Part shown: positions 31,089 through 42,288 of the stretch, one piece after another
Numbering within the stretch: the stretch's first letter is position 1
How the letters are laid out: each line of letters begins with the position of its first letter
Assembly (NCBI GenBank): GCA_034226945.1
Contig: CP120460.1
Coordinates: 62,001-126,000 of the forward strand
Direction of reading: 5' to 3'
Length of the DNA: 64,000 nt
Origin: Picochlorum sp. SENEW3
Lineage: Eukaryota
Program-made: the position numbers and the translations under genes
The notes under the pieces: generated by a model
What the model was told of the DNA's origin: nothing
The model's database searches: none
What the model saw: the letters and a program-made list of their open reading frames with translations, nothing else

Positions 31089-34000
31089 ATGTTTGTTAGT
31101 ACGTTTGTGAAACGTGCGCAGCGGCATGCGAGGGAGTTGGCGAGCCCCTCTTTTCCTTTGTGGGACAAGGGGCGACGACAAGGGGCCGCACTCGTGCGGG
31201 AAGATTTCCTTGTGTATGATTGTGGGGCAGATGCAAGGGGCTGTCGCGGGTTTTCTTCTCTTATAAGGCAGGCGAACTTGTGTTTGGCAGCGGAAGTGGA
31301 TGTGAGCTCGGGGGAGACGGCAAAGGAACCCGTGTCATCATCTTTTGACATCGATCATGACAGTGCTGCTCGAAGAGCGTATTCAGAGCTCGTATCGACG
31401 ATACTGCGGCAAGCTTCTTCAAATCAAGGTGAGGGTGCTCAAGATGATGGTCAGCAGCCATTTGAGTTTGAAGGATTGCATTTGTTTGATGAGCAGCAGA
31501 GTGCTCACGATGGTCACATGTCCGGAAAAGGTTTGAATGTCAATCCATCTCATATTCAAAGGTCGTTGGCTGCGATTCAATATCATCAGTCTCTCATGGA
31601 TGGGACGCCCAAAGGGAGGAGGCTACAAAAGAATTGGCAGCGTCAGATAACATTGGAGACTAGGGCTGTGGATGCTGCGATAGCGCGATACAAGCGCGAA
31701 GCAGAGGCAGCCATGAAGAGAGGCGCTGCTGCAACTTTACCGCCGGCCAGAAAGTTGCTTGTGAACTGGTTCAAGCCGTTAGCGCAAGCAATTCAGGAGG
31801 AGCAGTATAAAATTGCAAATGGGAGCGCAGGAATTGATCGTTCTGTGTATGGCCCATATCTTTTACAGCTGGATCCAGAGCAATTGGCTGTGATAACGAT
31901 GCATGCGGCCATGAATTGTTTCATGTCTCCAGAGAATGAGGGCGACGCTGTTGGGGCTCGGCCAGGAGCCACGAGGATGACAAAACTTTCAACAGCAATA
32001 GGTAAGGCCGTGGAGGCACAGCATCATATTGACAGATTAGAAGCAGAGATTCATGAACGAAATATGAGGGTAAAAGAGATTAGGAATATCTATGACGAAG
32101 GGAGGGCTTTGAGGGCAGCATACGAGGAACAAGGTGATTTGACTAGTCAAGAGTGGAAACAGTGGTTGGATGTTGGGAGTAGGTTGCGAGATCTTGGTGA
32201 AATGCTGCCTTTGGATCATTTGGATTGGTTTAAGGATGTTTCGGTCGAGATGCGAGTGCAAAAGCTCACAAAGCAATTTCAGAAGGAGGCATCGTCTCAG
32301 CAAGAGATGCGTGCGATGTCTCAGAGAGCAAAGCGTTTATTGGCAGATGCACCAGATTCCATTGAATGGAGGCCAGAAATGCAGGCAAAAGTAGGAGTCA
32401 TACTTATCAAACTCCTCACAGAGTCTTGCAAAATTGATTCCTGGCGCGATGGAAGGCTTGAAAGCGTACCTGCATTTTGGCACAAGCTTGAACAAGGTCC
32501 AGATCCAAAGCTCAAGGGGGTGTGGAAACGGTATGGTCTTTTAATGGCTGATCAAGAAGTGATGAAACGAATCAAACCCCACCACATGACAGAGGCTTTC
32601 ATGCCTCAGTTTTTGCCAATGGTTGTGCCCCCAGTACCATGGCAGAGAAGAAATCTAGGCGGTCATTTGACATTGCGAACCTCAGTTATGAGAGTCAGAG
32701 GGTCGGCAGCGCAGCGACAGAGGCTTGAGGAGGCAGATAAATCAATGATTGAGGGCACCAGCGATGGGCTTTCACCCGTGTATGAGTCATTAAATGCTTT
32801 GGGGGAGACTGCGTGGTCCATCAATCAGGATGTCTACAAGGTTGTCGAAGCCATATGGGCTTGGGGTGGGGGAATATGTGAAATCCCAGCACGAGCAGAC
32901 GTTGTGGAACCTCCTATTCTTAAACCTGGATATCGGATACGTAGAATTAATGAGAAGGGGCCAATGTACATTTTCAGCATTCCAAAAGCTGATGTGAGCG
33001 CCAGTTACTATAATGCTCAGAGAGCCAAGAAAAAGAATAACGAATTGCACTCCTTACGGTGTGATATGGAATACAAATTGGCAATAGCACGAGAATTCTC
33101 TCATGAAGAGAGGTTTTATTTTCCTCACAATGTCGATTTCCGAGGACGAGCATACCCTATGCACCCTCATTTGAATCATTTGGGCTCGGATATGTGCAGA
33201 GGCCTGCTCCAATTTGCTGAGGAGAGGCCACTGGGTCCCAACGGCCTACGATGGCTATACATCCAGGCAGCAAATTTATGGGGCAAAGGAATCGACAAAC
33301 TTTCTCTGGACGGCAGAGTCAAATGGGTAGATGAGCATATTGGCTCAATCATTGATAATGCGACAGATCCATTTGCGTATTATGGGAGTTTGTCCGACTT
33401 GGAAGATCACCTTGGTGTTCAATTAAATGAAGACGCATCCACTGCGGGCTCAGCAATTATACACCTTCTCAAATCGAATGAAAATCCACACACAAAAGGG
33501 GGAGGTGCTGCGGTATGGTACAAAGCAGAAGCTCCTTTCCAATTCTTGGCCACATGCTTTGACATCTACAGGGCGCTCTCATGTGGAGATCCAGCAAGTT
33601 ATAGATCGCGATTGCCAGTCCACCAGGATGGGTCTTGCAACGGACTACAACATTATGCCGCTTTAGGAAGAGACTTGTCTGGAGGCTGGGCTGTGAATTT
33701 GTGCCCAGTAGATCGCCCCCAAGATGTGTACAGTGAAATTAGCAGGCTTGTTGCCAAGCGAGTGGAAGCAGATGCAGCATCTGGAGTTCCGGAAGCCCAG
33801 ACGCTACTGAAATCTACGGAAATCGACAGAAAACTGGTCAAACAGACGGTGATGACTAGCGTGTACGGTGTGACATTTGTCGGGGCACGGGCCCAGATAG
33901 GGAACAGACTTAAGGAAAGAGGATTTGAGGACAATCATGCCATGTACAAGGTATCATGCTATTCTGCAAGGGTGACTCTGGATTGTCTGCACGAGATGTT

Positions 34001-34520
34001 CCAGAGCGCCAAGCATATTATGCAATGGCTCTCAGAATGTGCACGATTGATTGCCAAAGAAGGCCGTGTTGTCACCTGGACAACTCCCCTTGGTCTCCCT
34101 GTGGTCCAACCCTATCGCAGGAAGACACAGCAGCATGTGAGGACAGTACTACAGCGTCTCGTCCTTGCAACAGAACACGATACCAAACCAGTGATGAAGC
34201 AGAGGCAGAGAACAGCCTTCCCACCAAACTACATCCACTCCATTGACTCATCACACATGATGATGACTGCTGTCGCCTGTAGAGAACAAGGTTTAGACTT
34301 TGCTGGCGTCCATGACTCATTCTGGACCCATGCTGGGCATGTAGATCAGATGAACTACATTCTCCGCTCCAAGTTTATCGACCTGCACTCGCAGCCACTC
34401 TTGGAGACATTGTTGGAGGAATTGCAGACAGAGCATCCAGATATCGTCTTCCCGCCATTACCTCCACGCGGTGATCTGGATCTCGAGGACATCAAATCCG
34501 CTCAGTACTTCTTCAGTTAG
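31089..34520 (+). CDS. RpoT: Nuclear-encoded phage-type (T3/T7-like) organellar RNA polymerase
   Basis: DFRGRAYP, PVHQDGSCNGLQHYAA, RKLVKQTVMTSVYG, PPNYIHSIDSSH, GVHDSFWTH; N-terminus resembles a mitochondrial presequence. Confidence 0.97.
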   Translation: MFVSTFVKRAQRHARELASPSFPLWDKGRRQGAALVREDFLVYDCGADARGCRGFSSLIRQANLCLAAEVDVSSGETAKEPVSSSFDIDHDSAARRAYSELVSTILRQASSNQGEGAQDDGQQPFEFEGLHLFDEQQSAHDGHMSGKGLNVNPSHIQRSLAAIQYHQSLMDGTPKGRRLQKNWQRQITLETRAVDAAIARYKREAEAAMKRGAAATLPPARKLLVNWFKPLAQAIQEEQYKIANGSAGIDRSVYGPYLLQLDPEQLAVITMHAAMNCFMSPENEGDAVGARPGATRMTKLSTAIGKAVEAQHHIDRLEAEIHERNMRVKEIRNIYDEGRALRAAYEEQGDLTSQEWKQWLDVGSRLRDLGEMLPLDHLDWFKDVSVEMRVQKLTKQFQKEASSQQEMRAMSQRAKRLLADAPDSIEWRPEMQAKVGVILIKLLTESCKIDSWRDGRLESVPAFWHKLEQGPDPKLKGVWKRYGLLMADQEVMKRIKPHHMTEAFMPQFLPMVVPPVPWQRRNLGGHLTLRTSVMRVRGSAAQRQRLEEADKSMIEGTSDGLSPVYESLNALGETAWSINQDVYKVVEAIWAWGGGICEIPARADVVEPPILKPGYRIRRINEKGPMYIFSIPKADVSASYYNAQRAKKKNNELHSLRCDMEYKLAIAREFSHEERFYFPHNVDFRGRAYPMHPHLNHLGSDMCRGLLQFAEERPLGPNGLRWLYIQAANLWGKGIDKLSLDGRVKWVDEHIGSIIDNATDPFAYYGSLSDLEDHLGVQLNEDASTAGSAIIHLLKSNENPHTKGGGAAVWYKAEAPFQFLATCFDIYRALSCGDPASYRSRLPVHQDGSCNGLQHYAALGRDLSGGWAVNLCPVDRPQDVYSEISRLVAKRVEADAASGVPEAQTLLKSTEIDRKLVKQTVMTSVYGVTFVGARAQIGNRLKERGFEDNHAMYKVSCYSARVTLDCLHEMFQSAKHIMQWLSECARLIAKEGRVVTWTTPLGLPVVQPYRRKTQQHVRTVLQRLVLATEHDTKPVMKQRQRTAFPPNYIHSIDSSHMMMTAVACREQGLDFAGVHDSFWTHAGHVDQMNYILRSKFIDLHSQPLLETLLEELQTEHPDIVFPPLPPRGDLDLEDIKSAQYFFS

Positions 34521-34548
34521 TATACAATTATTTATTATTAACACTTTA

Positions 34549-35487
34549 ATGCACCATCTACAGCGTAACAGCATGCCTTTGGTGCATGGGCAATCAATGC
34601 CATGGGCGACGTGGCAGGTTCAAGCCAATTCGAAGGAGATTCGGGGATCTGCACAGCATTTTCAAAGATATAGAAGGTACACATCCCCGATGTACACTCG
34701 GAATCAGGTGATTACACGCAGTTCCTTGAAGGATTCTTCTGACAGCCTGTCTCTTTCAAATATCAGACGTTCTCTCATTCTCATGGAAGATACAATCATT
34801 TTCGGTTTGGTCGAGCGCAGCCAGTTTGCTTTGAATGATCCTGTCTACCATCCAGGAGAAATACCAATGTATACGAGAGATGGACGGCAGCTATCTCTGC
34901 TGGAGTATCTCCTGCTGGAAACAGAGCATGTTCACGGAAAGATTCGCCGTTACACAAATCCAGACGAGAATGCGTTTTTCCCGGAATACTTGCCGCCTCT
35001 GATACTCCCTCCTCTGGTATACCCAAACGTTCTGTGGACACCTGCTGCATCAGTGAATGTCAATGATAGGATCATGACCATGTACAAAGAGCACTTGCTG
35101 CCAGGCATTGCTGCTCCAGGAGACGATGGTAACTATGGATCGAGTGCCATGTATGATGTCATGATTCTTCAAGCTCTGTCTCGTAGGATCCATTACGGTA
35201 AATTCGTGGCAGAGTCTAAATTTTTGCAGCAGACAGAAGAGTACTCTGACCTTATTCGAAAGAGAGATGCAGATGCCATTATGGAGCTTCTGACCGATAG
35301 GGCTGTTGAGCTCAAAGTCATCGACAGGGTTAAAATGAAGACATCCATCTTTGGTAGAGATTTGAATACAGATGAGCAAATGCTTCGCTTAGACCCAGAT
35401 GCCGTTGGGGACTTGTATGATACATGGGTCATGCCATTGACCAAGGATGTGGAGGTGGAGTATTTGCTCAGACGTCTGGATGAATAG
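34549..35487 (+). CDS. Chorismate mutase (eukaryotic AroQ type, plastid-targeted)
   Basis: LSNIRRSLILMEDTIIFGLVERSQF, RRYTNPDE, DGNYGS, LQALSRRIHYGKFVAE, MPLTKDVEVEYLLRRLD. Start is ATG 34549 or 34573. Confidence 0.93.
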   Translation: MHHLQRNSMPLVHGQSMPWATWQVQANSKEIRGSAQHFQRYRRYTSPMYTRNQVITRSSLKDSSDSLSLSNIRRSLILMEDTIIFGLVERSQFALNDPVYHPGEIPMYTRDGRQLSLLEYLLLETEHVHGKIRRYTNPDENAFFPEYLPPLILPPLVYPNVLWTPAASVNVNDRIMTMYKEHLLPGIAAPGDDGNYGSSAMYDVMILQALSRRIHYGKFVAESKFLQQTEEYSDLIRKRDADAIMELLTDRAVELKVIDRVKMKTSIFGRDLNTDEQMLRLDPDAVGDLYDTWVMPLTKDVEVEYLLRRLDE

Positions 35488-35600
35488 AAGGAATTCAATT
35501 TATTAATATTGTAAAACTGTGAATAATAATAATACCCGTAGAGGAAGAGTTTGTCTGTGAACTCGTTGCATGCAAATTGTAGAATTCCAAATCCTCTGAT

Positions 35601-36210
35601 ATGAGGCAATTGAAGCATCATGAGCAGAAATTGCTTAAGAAAGTAAAGTATGTTGTATTTATGTACAGGGGAATACAATATCGGCGACTGACTATGTTCT
35701 TTGTGCAGTTTTTTGCTTTACAAGAATGAAGGGAACCTGAGAGAGATTCAGGTGATGCGGCGGTATCATATTACCAACAGAGATGACTATAAAAAATACA
35801 ATCACATCTGTGGGATGGTGACTGCCATTGTTAGTACGCTGAAAAAGTTGGATGCGACGGATGCGACTCGAATAGACCTCACTGATAAAATACTGGACAA
35901 GTTGTATGATATGGGGGTTATTTCGACGAAGAAGAGCCTTGTGCAGCTTGAAAAGTTATCTACTGCTTCCTTTTGTCGTCGTCGTTTAGCAGTTGTGATG
36001 GTGAGGCTGAAGATGGCGGAGACTCTGAGGGAGGCAGTGACGTTTATAGAACAGGGACATGTGCGGGTGGGTCCTGATACAGTGACAGATTCTGCCTACT
36101 TGGTGACGCGGTCTATGGAGGACTTTGTGACATGGGTTGATACATCAAAGATTAAGAGGAAAGTACTGAAATATAATGATAAATTGGACGATTTTGATCT
36201 TTTGGAATAG
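35601..36210 (+). CDS. IMP3: U3 snoRNP protein IMP3; intron 35648-35708
   Basis: MRQLKHHEQKLLKKV|NFL across the splice; SFCRRRL, IEQGHVRVGP, EDFVTWVD. Confidence 0.95.
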
Positions 36211-36221
36211 AGACAATCATG

Positions 36222-37237
36222 TCATCTATCAAGGAATTTGAATAATGCAACAGGAGCTTCGAATGCCTGGTCCCCTCTCACGAGTCCGAAACTGCCTTCC
36301 ATGGTGGCTCCTTTGGTTTCTGTGTCTGTGCCGCTGTAATATGAAAAGCATGTGTTGGCCTTGATGATTGGCGTTTGGCCCAGAACACCTTTGGCTCCCT
36401 TGGCAACCTCCATTTGCAATTTTCCATCCTTGTCATAGAGTTTCCAATGCCGAGAGAGTAGTTGTACGGGTTCTTTCCTGCAGTACAGGTGATGATGTAA
36501 CGTTTAATGCCAAGGCAGCCATGCGCGATTAGGATGAAAAAAAAAGCATTCATGTGCCTCTCAGGATTGCGTCAGTTGTCTTCATACCACATGCCTATAT
36601 TGCTATGCCAATATTGCTATGAATGGCAGCGTGATCTAGTTTGAAAACAAATCTCTTTGGTAATCATCGAAGCATAGTACATAGGTAGTATTGAGTGACA
36701 CAATGCCATGTCAAATCCAACGCACCCTAGGTTTGTAACCCTAATTCGATATGAATAGTAATACTTGGGAGGACCATCCTCCTCTTCGTCATACATGACG
36801 TCCAGCTCTTTCTGTGATCCCACAAAACATGTCGTCACGTCCACTCGGACGCCATCAGTGCACGAGGAGCTACCACTCCTTGCATAGTACAGCTGCTCCT
36901 CCAGTGCTCGAATAGCTTGAAAAGCTCTATCAATCCTTCCATCAACAGTTTCATCATCCCCCAAGGGTCTTCTAAAATACTTTCTCACACACGATATAAC
37001 AGTCTCCCCAGTCACCTTGCCATACTGTAGTCGCTCGGGATCAACCCAAGGCAGGCCATCTTGGATGGCTTCAGTAGAGTACAGAGGCTCTGGCGACACC
37101 CAGGATGGAGCACCCCCTTTTGTCAACCATGCATCCTTATCCATTGGTTTCGTAAACTGAAATTCGAGCGATCGGCGTGTCATATCCCGACCATGGCGCA
37201 AAAGCAACCTATACAGAGTTTTAGAAATCTGTGACAT
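36222..37237 (-). CDS. ApaG (DUF525) domain protein with LYR-like N-terminus; intron 36478-36725
   Basis: YSYRIRVTNLG|KEPVQLLSRHW..GVLGQTPII..FSYYSGT..MEGSF is the ApaG pattern; N-terminal TLYRLLLR. Confidence 0.85.
36556..36673 (-). ncRNA. Candidate intronic box C/D snoRNA
   Basis: Inside an unusually long 248-nt intron: stem GCTTC, C box ATGATTA, C' ATGAAGA, D box CTGA, stem GAGGC. No target identified. Confidence 0.4.
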
Positions 37238-37517
37238 GACAATGCGGGTAGGAAATTATCGATCCATCATCTATTCAATTATTGTTGTTCTACTACTAAT
37301 ACCTATTCATCATGTATTTTTCAATTACACCCGCATCGATTCATCTTTGGATGTACTCGAACATATAAGCCATGGCCAGTTCTATTTTATTGTTTATTTG
37401 AAGGAACTTTTTCGTCGAATTCTTCTTCTTTTTGAATTACTGTATCCACAACAGAATACAGCCATGACTACAGTCTATATAGAGGTAAAATAAACAAATA
37501 CATTCATAGTCATACTA

Positions 37518-38843
37518 ATGGAGGAAGAAGAGTATAGAATTAATGACACAGTAGACTACATCTGTGGGAATAAATATACATGCATTGCATCTCAGTTTCC
37601 GGATAGTTTGCTTCGACTGGCACCAGAGATATCCAGTCGAATTCAGCAGTATTGCAGGGAAAGGGGTCATGATGTTACTATGTACCTATTGGCTGATACA
37701 ACCTACAATAGCCTCAGTGTGGATGAGGTGGCATCGTCCCATATTCAGGCAGACTGTGTGATTCATTATGGGAGGGCTTCTTTGACTCCTGTGTCACGGG
37801 TGCCAGCATTTTATGTATTTCCGAGGCAGAATGATTATAGAATCGAAGATGTAAATATGATGCAGAGAATCCGCGATGCCCTGGAGGAGACTGGCAGGAG
37901 CAGAGTGATGTGCTGTATTGATCAGGTCTATTCCCATTGTATGGGTACGGTGCAGGAAGAGGTGTCTCGATGTCTTCGGTCGGATACTACTGCTACTATA
38001 GTATATCCTACACTTCGCAGTGAGGGAGAAGCTTGTTGCAGACGAGAGGCCACAGTTGCTGGGTATCACATGCCTGAGGAGGAGGTGTCGGATGATACTG
38101 TGCTGGTGTGGTTCGGGGCACCTGATGCACCATCTAAAAGACATCTTATGATGACATATAATGCGTTTTCCTGGATATCGATCGATCCCGCGTCGAATAT
38201 TGTAGAAACAGGGCTGCCCAAAGATGTGATGCAGGTGCTTCGGAGGAGATATTTTCTAGTGGAAAAGGCACGAGAGGCAAGCATCGTGGGGATACTGGTC
38301 GGTACTCTTGGGGCAGAAGGATACAAGCATTCAATAAATTCTATTCGATTAGCTGCGGAGAAATCTGGGAAGAAAACATACACACTCCTAATGGGAAAAC
38401 CCAATCCAGCAAAATTAGCAAACTTTCCAGAGATTGAGATTTTTGTCTTGGTAGCAGACCCTCAGGGTCAAATCCTGGACTCAAAAGAGTATTATGCTCC
38501 CATTATTACGCCTCATGAAGCCAAGATTGCTTTTTCGGACGATTTAGAATGGGAACAACATGCGTACAGACTGGATATAGACGTATTCCCCTCACCAGAA
38601 CAGCATGCAATGGATCCAGAAGGCCCCTGCCAAACCCTAGCAGTACAGGCTCAACAGGCCCTGCAGATCACAGAGCCCTCCCAGTATGGTAAAAAAGTAG
38701 CAATCCAAAGCTCTGCAGACTATCTTGTCCACAGTCGGACATGGACAGGAGTCGAGGCCCCATGTGCTGGGGGTGAGGAGAAGGAAGCCTCTGTGATTGT
38801 CAAGGGTCAAGATGGAAGGGCAGCGCACTATTCACATGAATAA
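37518..38843 (+). CDS. DPH2: Diphthamide biosynthesis protein 2
   Basis: QFPDSLL, LADTTY..VDEVA..HYG, RRYFLVEKA, GILVGTL, GKPNPAKLANFPEI, PIITPHE, C-terminal RTW.G and G.AAHYS.E. Confidence 0.9.
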   Translation: MEEEEYRINDTVDYICGNKYTCIASQFPDSLLRLAPEISSRIQQYCRERGHDVTMYLLADTTYNSLSVDEVASSHIQADCVIHYGRASLTPVSRVPAFYVFPRQNDYRIEDVNMMQRIRDALEETGRSRVMCCIDQVYSHCMGTVQEEVSRCLRSDTTATIVYPTLRSEGEACCRREATVAGYHMPEEEVSDDTVLVWFGAPDAPSKRHLMMTYNAFSWISIDPASNIVETGLPKDVMQVLRRRYFLVEKAREASIVGILVGTLGAEGYKHSINSIRLAAEKSGKKTYTLLMGKPNPAKLANFPEIEIFVLVADPQGQILDSKEYYAPIITPHEAKIAFSDDLEWEQHAYRLDIDVFPSPEQHAMDPEGPCQTLAVQAQQALQITEPSQYGKKVAIQSSADYLVHSRTWTGVEAPCAGGEEKEASVIVKGQDGRAAHYSHE

Positions 38844-38985
38844 TAATTCTTGTTTATTATTTCATCGGCATTAAAGTATGTATGAAATACCAATGAAGAT
38901 TGTGTCTTTTAATAGATATGTGTGGCTTTTGAAACTCCTCCTGGCCTGGAGTACCTGAGGCAGTTCAAAGGAATTACCCGGCATT

Positions 38986-41213
38986 ATGAGGTTGTGGCTG
39001 TTTGCCCTGGGTATAATATGCATTACAACGTATTCCATATTCTCATCAGAGCGTAGACACGTCTGTTTGTCCAAGGTTGGTGAAATTACTCGCATAATTC
39101 CATGCTTTGTTCTTCCTTCAATTTATTGATTCTGTCGCAGGATGAGGACTTTTATCTGTTTTATGGTGATGATATACGCCATTTAAAATCCATTGATGCT
39201 GTTGGGTGGGAGGCCGGGGGTGTATGGCCCATTGCAAACCCAATGCTGTTCAAGAACAGTGTTGGTTCAGTCGATGGGTATCTGAGTTCGCCCTCTCTGC
39301 ATGTGCACAAGGGCGTTTTGTACATCCTGTTCAAGGTGTGTTCTTGTAAGAGGATGGGATGTGACGTTGGAGTGGCAAAGAGTACTAATGAAGGGCACTC
39401 ATGGGAGTACATTGGGCGAGCTGAGAGTTTGGAGGCAATTTCTGGTGCAATGACGTCGTCACGATTGTCTCTGTTTCAGAGCCATGAAACCGAGTATTTG
39501 ACTGTTTCAGAGAATGGAAAGATAACGGTGTATGAGTTTCGAGAGTTTCCATCGAGTCTGAAGGAAGGGAAGAAGATACAAGTGGTCCCTGCAGGGTTTC
39601 AGCATGCCAGGGTGACTTGGCACCCAGCATGGAAACAATGGATGTTGCTGGCGACAAAGGGTCCAGGATTTTCTTGGGAGCAGCAATCTGACGAAATATC
39701 GGATATATCTGTCTTCTTTTCGAAGAAGAATGCGATGGTGGGTTGGAAAAGGGTCAAGGTGGCCAGGCCTCCATCGCAAATGCAGCCTGTTGCAGATGGT
39801 GGGGATATGTATATTCACAATAGAACGCATTCATATCGGATTGTGGCTATATGTAGCGCCTGGGGAGAATGTTCTGGTCTCAAATTGAGACGAATGTATC
39901 TTCATAGGATTCGAGATTCCAAGAAATTGGTGTATTCTGAGAGGGATGTCAATGAGAAGAGCGGGGGAAATGTTTTTGCAAGACTGTCTGGTCCAAAGGG
40001 AGAGGTGCTAAGGTATGCATCTATCGCACGACTTCCTTCGGGGAAAGTCATGATGGTTGGATCCAGTAGAAAGAGGCCAGATTATGCCATGCATTTAAAA
40101 TTATATCTGCTGCAAAGCTTGGAGTATCTTTGTCTAGCATATTATATTGCACTAGCATGCTGTGGTGCAATTGTCATTGCAAGCTATATATCGAGTGGGG
40201 CAAAGGCGAATATGAAGAAGAATAAAACGAATACCAGAGTAGCACTGGCTTGGAGCAAGATGTCAAAATTTCATCCTCTCCTTGTACTTGGTGGAGTCGC
40301 TGCCCTACTGTGTATTGCTCTACTACTCAAATATGTACTGTATTATTCAAGACTGCATCAGCCATTCTACAAGGAATCGAGGCCTATTGCAATCGCTGGC
40401 AAGTTCAGTCAATTTACGTTGATGACCATGTCATACTCAAAAAGAGCATCACTCTTGGATGGTTTTATTCAGTACTATAGTCAGTGCCCATCAGTGGGGT
40501 CTATTATTATCGTGTGGAATGGTGACGGAGTTGATGGCATACGTCATTTGCAGACACATAGTAGAAAACCACCTGTCAGTATTCGAGTAGAGCACAAGGG
40601 TTCAATGAACAATAGATACAGGCCAGATGCCCACATTGGCACTCGAGCAGTGTTGATATTGGATGATGATCTCCGTATACCGTGTAGCTCAGTTGAAGCA
40701 GCATTTGCCGCTTGGAGGCGAGAGCCCCATCGTCTCGTGGGATGGTATCCCAGACTCGTAGAGGTAACCCAGGCTGCATACCATGGCGAACCTGAGACGA
40801 TGGCATCATCCAAGTATAATCTAATCCTGACTGGCGCAGCATTCATTGACCATACGGCGTATTTCAAAAAGTATTGGTCGAAGAAGTATGCCAAGCTCAG
40901 AGATCTGGTAGATAAAAAGAAAAATTGTGATGATATTTTGATGAACTTTGTGGTGGCGAGTGAGCATCGAGGGACCAAACCAGTGGTTCAGTACTTGAGG
41001 CCACAAAGACTCATCGATCTGAGTCATACAACAGGTGTTGGCATTAGTCATGACGAGAAAGATTTCATACGAAAGACTGAGGCGTGCCTCAAGGAATTCG
41101 AGAAGATATTTGGGAATCCTTTGAAAACAAACACGTTTCCAGCTTCTTCTGGGTTCAAAAGGCCGGAATGCAATCAGGCGCGTTCTAAACTCTTTTGCTC
41201 GTACCATTCATGA
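38986..41213 (+). CDS. GT64 glycosyltransferase, GINT1-like (glucosamine inositolphosphorylceramide transferase); intron 39076-39140
   Basis: Signal/TM exon, WPIANP block, two TM helices, then GT64 domain (IVWN, SMNNRY, LDDD, VGWYPR, YNLILTGAAF, NCDDILMNF). Confidence 0.85.
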
Positions 41214-41246
41214 CACTATTTATTTTATTACACATTTAAAATGATA

Positions 41247-41899
41247 TCATTTCTCTTCGGAATTCTTGGCACCATCCAAGGCCTTCATGGACTTGGCTGG
41301 ATCTGACGGTGAAAAATTTCCATGCCTCCAGCAATCCATGTCCAGGCAATCTGGTCTTTGGTTAAATGCAGATCCGTCCACAATATCACAGTAATGGACT
41401 CCATCCTTTTCCTCATCGTCTCCATGTTCCTTCAAACTCGCAGATATCCTCTCGAATAATCTAGCTGAAGGAGAGGATGGTGATGTTGGCTGGCTGTGAG
41501 ACGACACCCTATTCAAGTTTGGTCCCTTGGGCACTCCTCGCGGAGAACTAGGCGTATTCATACTGTCTGATACTTTGGGCTTTACTATCCTACATCTATT
41601 TCTTAAAGCACATTTACCCAAGCTTGCCAATTTCACCACAGGGTTTCTGGCAAGTCTGTTGGTATTATTGTGGTGTTCGTCGATTTCTATGGTACTCGTA
41701 TCTTTGTCAATAACTGACATGAAGAATTGTAAGTTATTCTTTCGTATTGTAATGAGATTCCTCTGCAGCACACCGTAAGCATGGCGTTGTAAGTTGTATA
41801 CGTTGATGAAACAATGTGAACCATTGACATGGGTGGTGACACGTCATCACTCCGACACCTCTCCGACACCTCTACCTTGGAGGCTCTAGGCCATTCCAT
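41247..41899 (-). CDS. Hypothetical protein; possible intron 41763-41821
   Basis: Two ORFs join in phase 0 through a weak GT donor and a good TGCAG acceptor; no domain recognised. Confidence 0.4.
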
Positions 41900-42288
41900 G
41901 GGCGGATTTGACGTGATATATAATTTGCATCTCGATATACTCGCACATTATAGAAGAAGCGTCTCATATACCGCGCTGTGTGGGAATATGACGTGCCCGT
42001 GTCGTCAACCACCCCGTCCAAAGGATATCGCAAGAGGCCACTGTGGCCATATGACGCACCTCGTTCACTTTATCGTAACTGTATGTGATAACATAATTTC
42101 AGAATACCCGATAAGGTCGCTTGTGACGACATTTATCCATTGCACAGATGTGTGCTTAATAAGAAATTGAGAGTCATTGCCTCATGATGCATGGTACTGG
42201 TAGCTCTTTGATACAGATGGGTACTTGAAAATAGCAACAATCGATACATATATATACCGTCATAGGTAGAAACATAAACTTGTATGGC

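Noticed and set aside
31089..34520. T7-like RNA polymerase as evidence of a prophage or viral insertion
   Set aside because: It has an organellar-type N-terminal extension and lies outside the TIRs among housekeeping genes; it is the ordinary nuclear RpoT.
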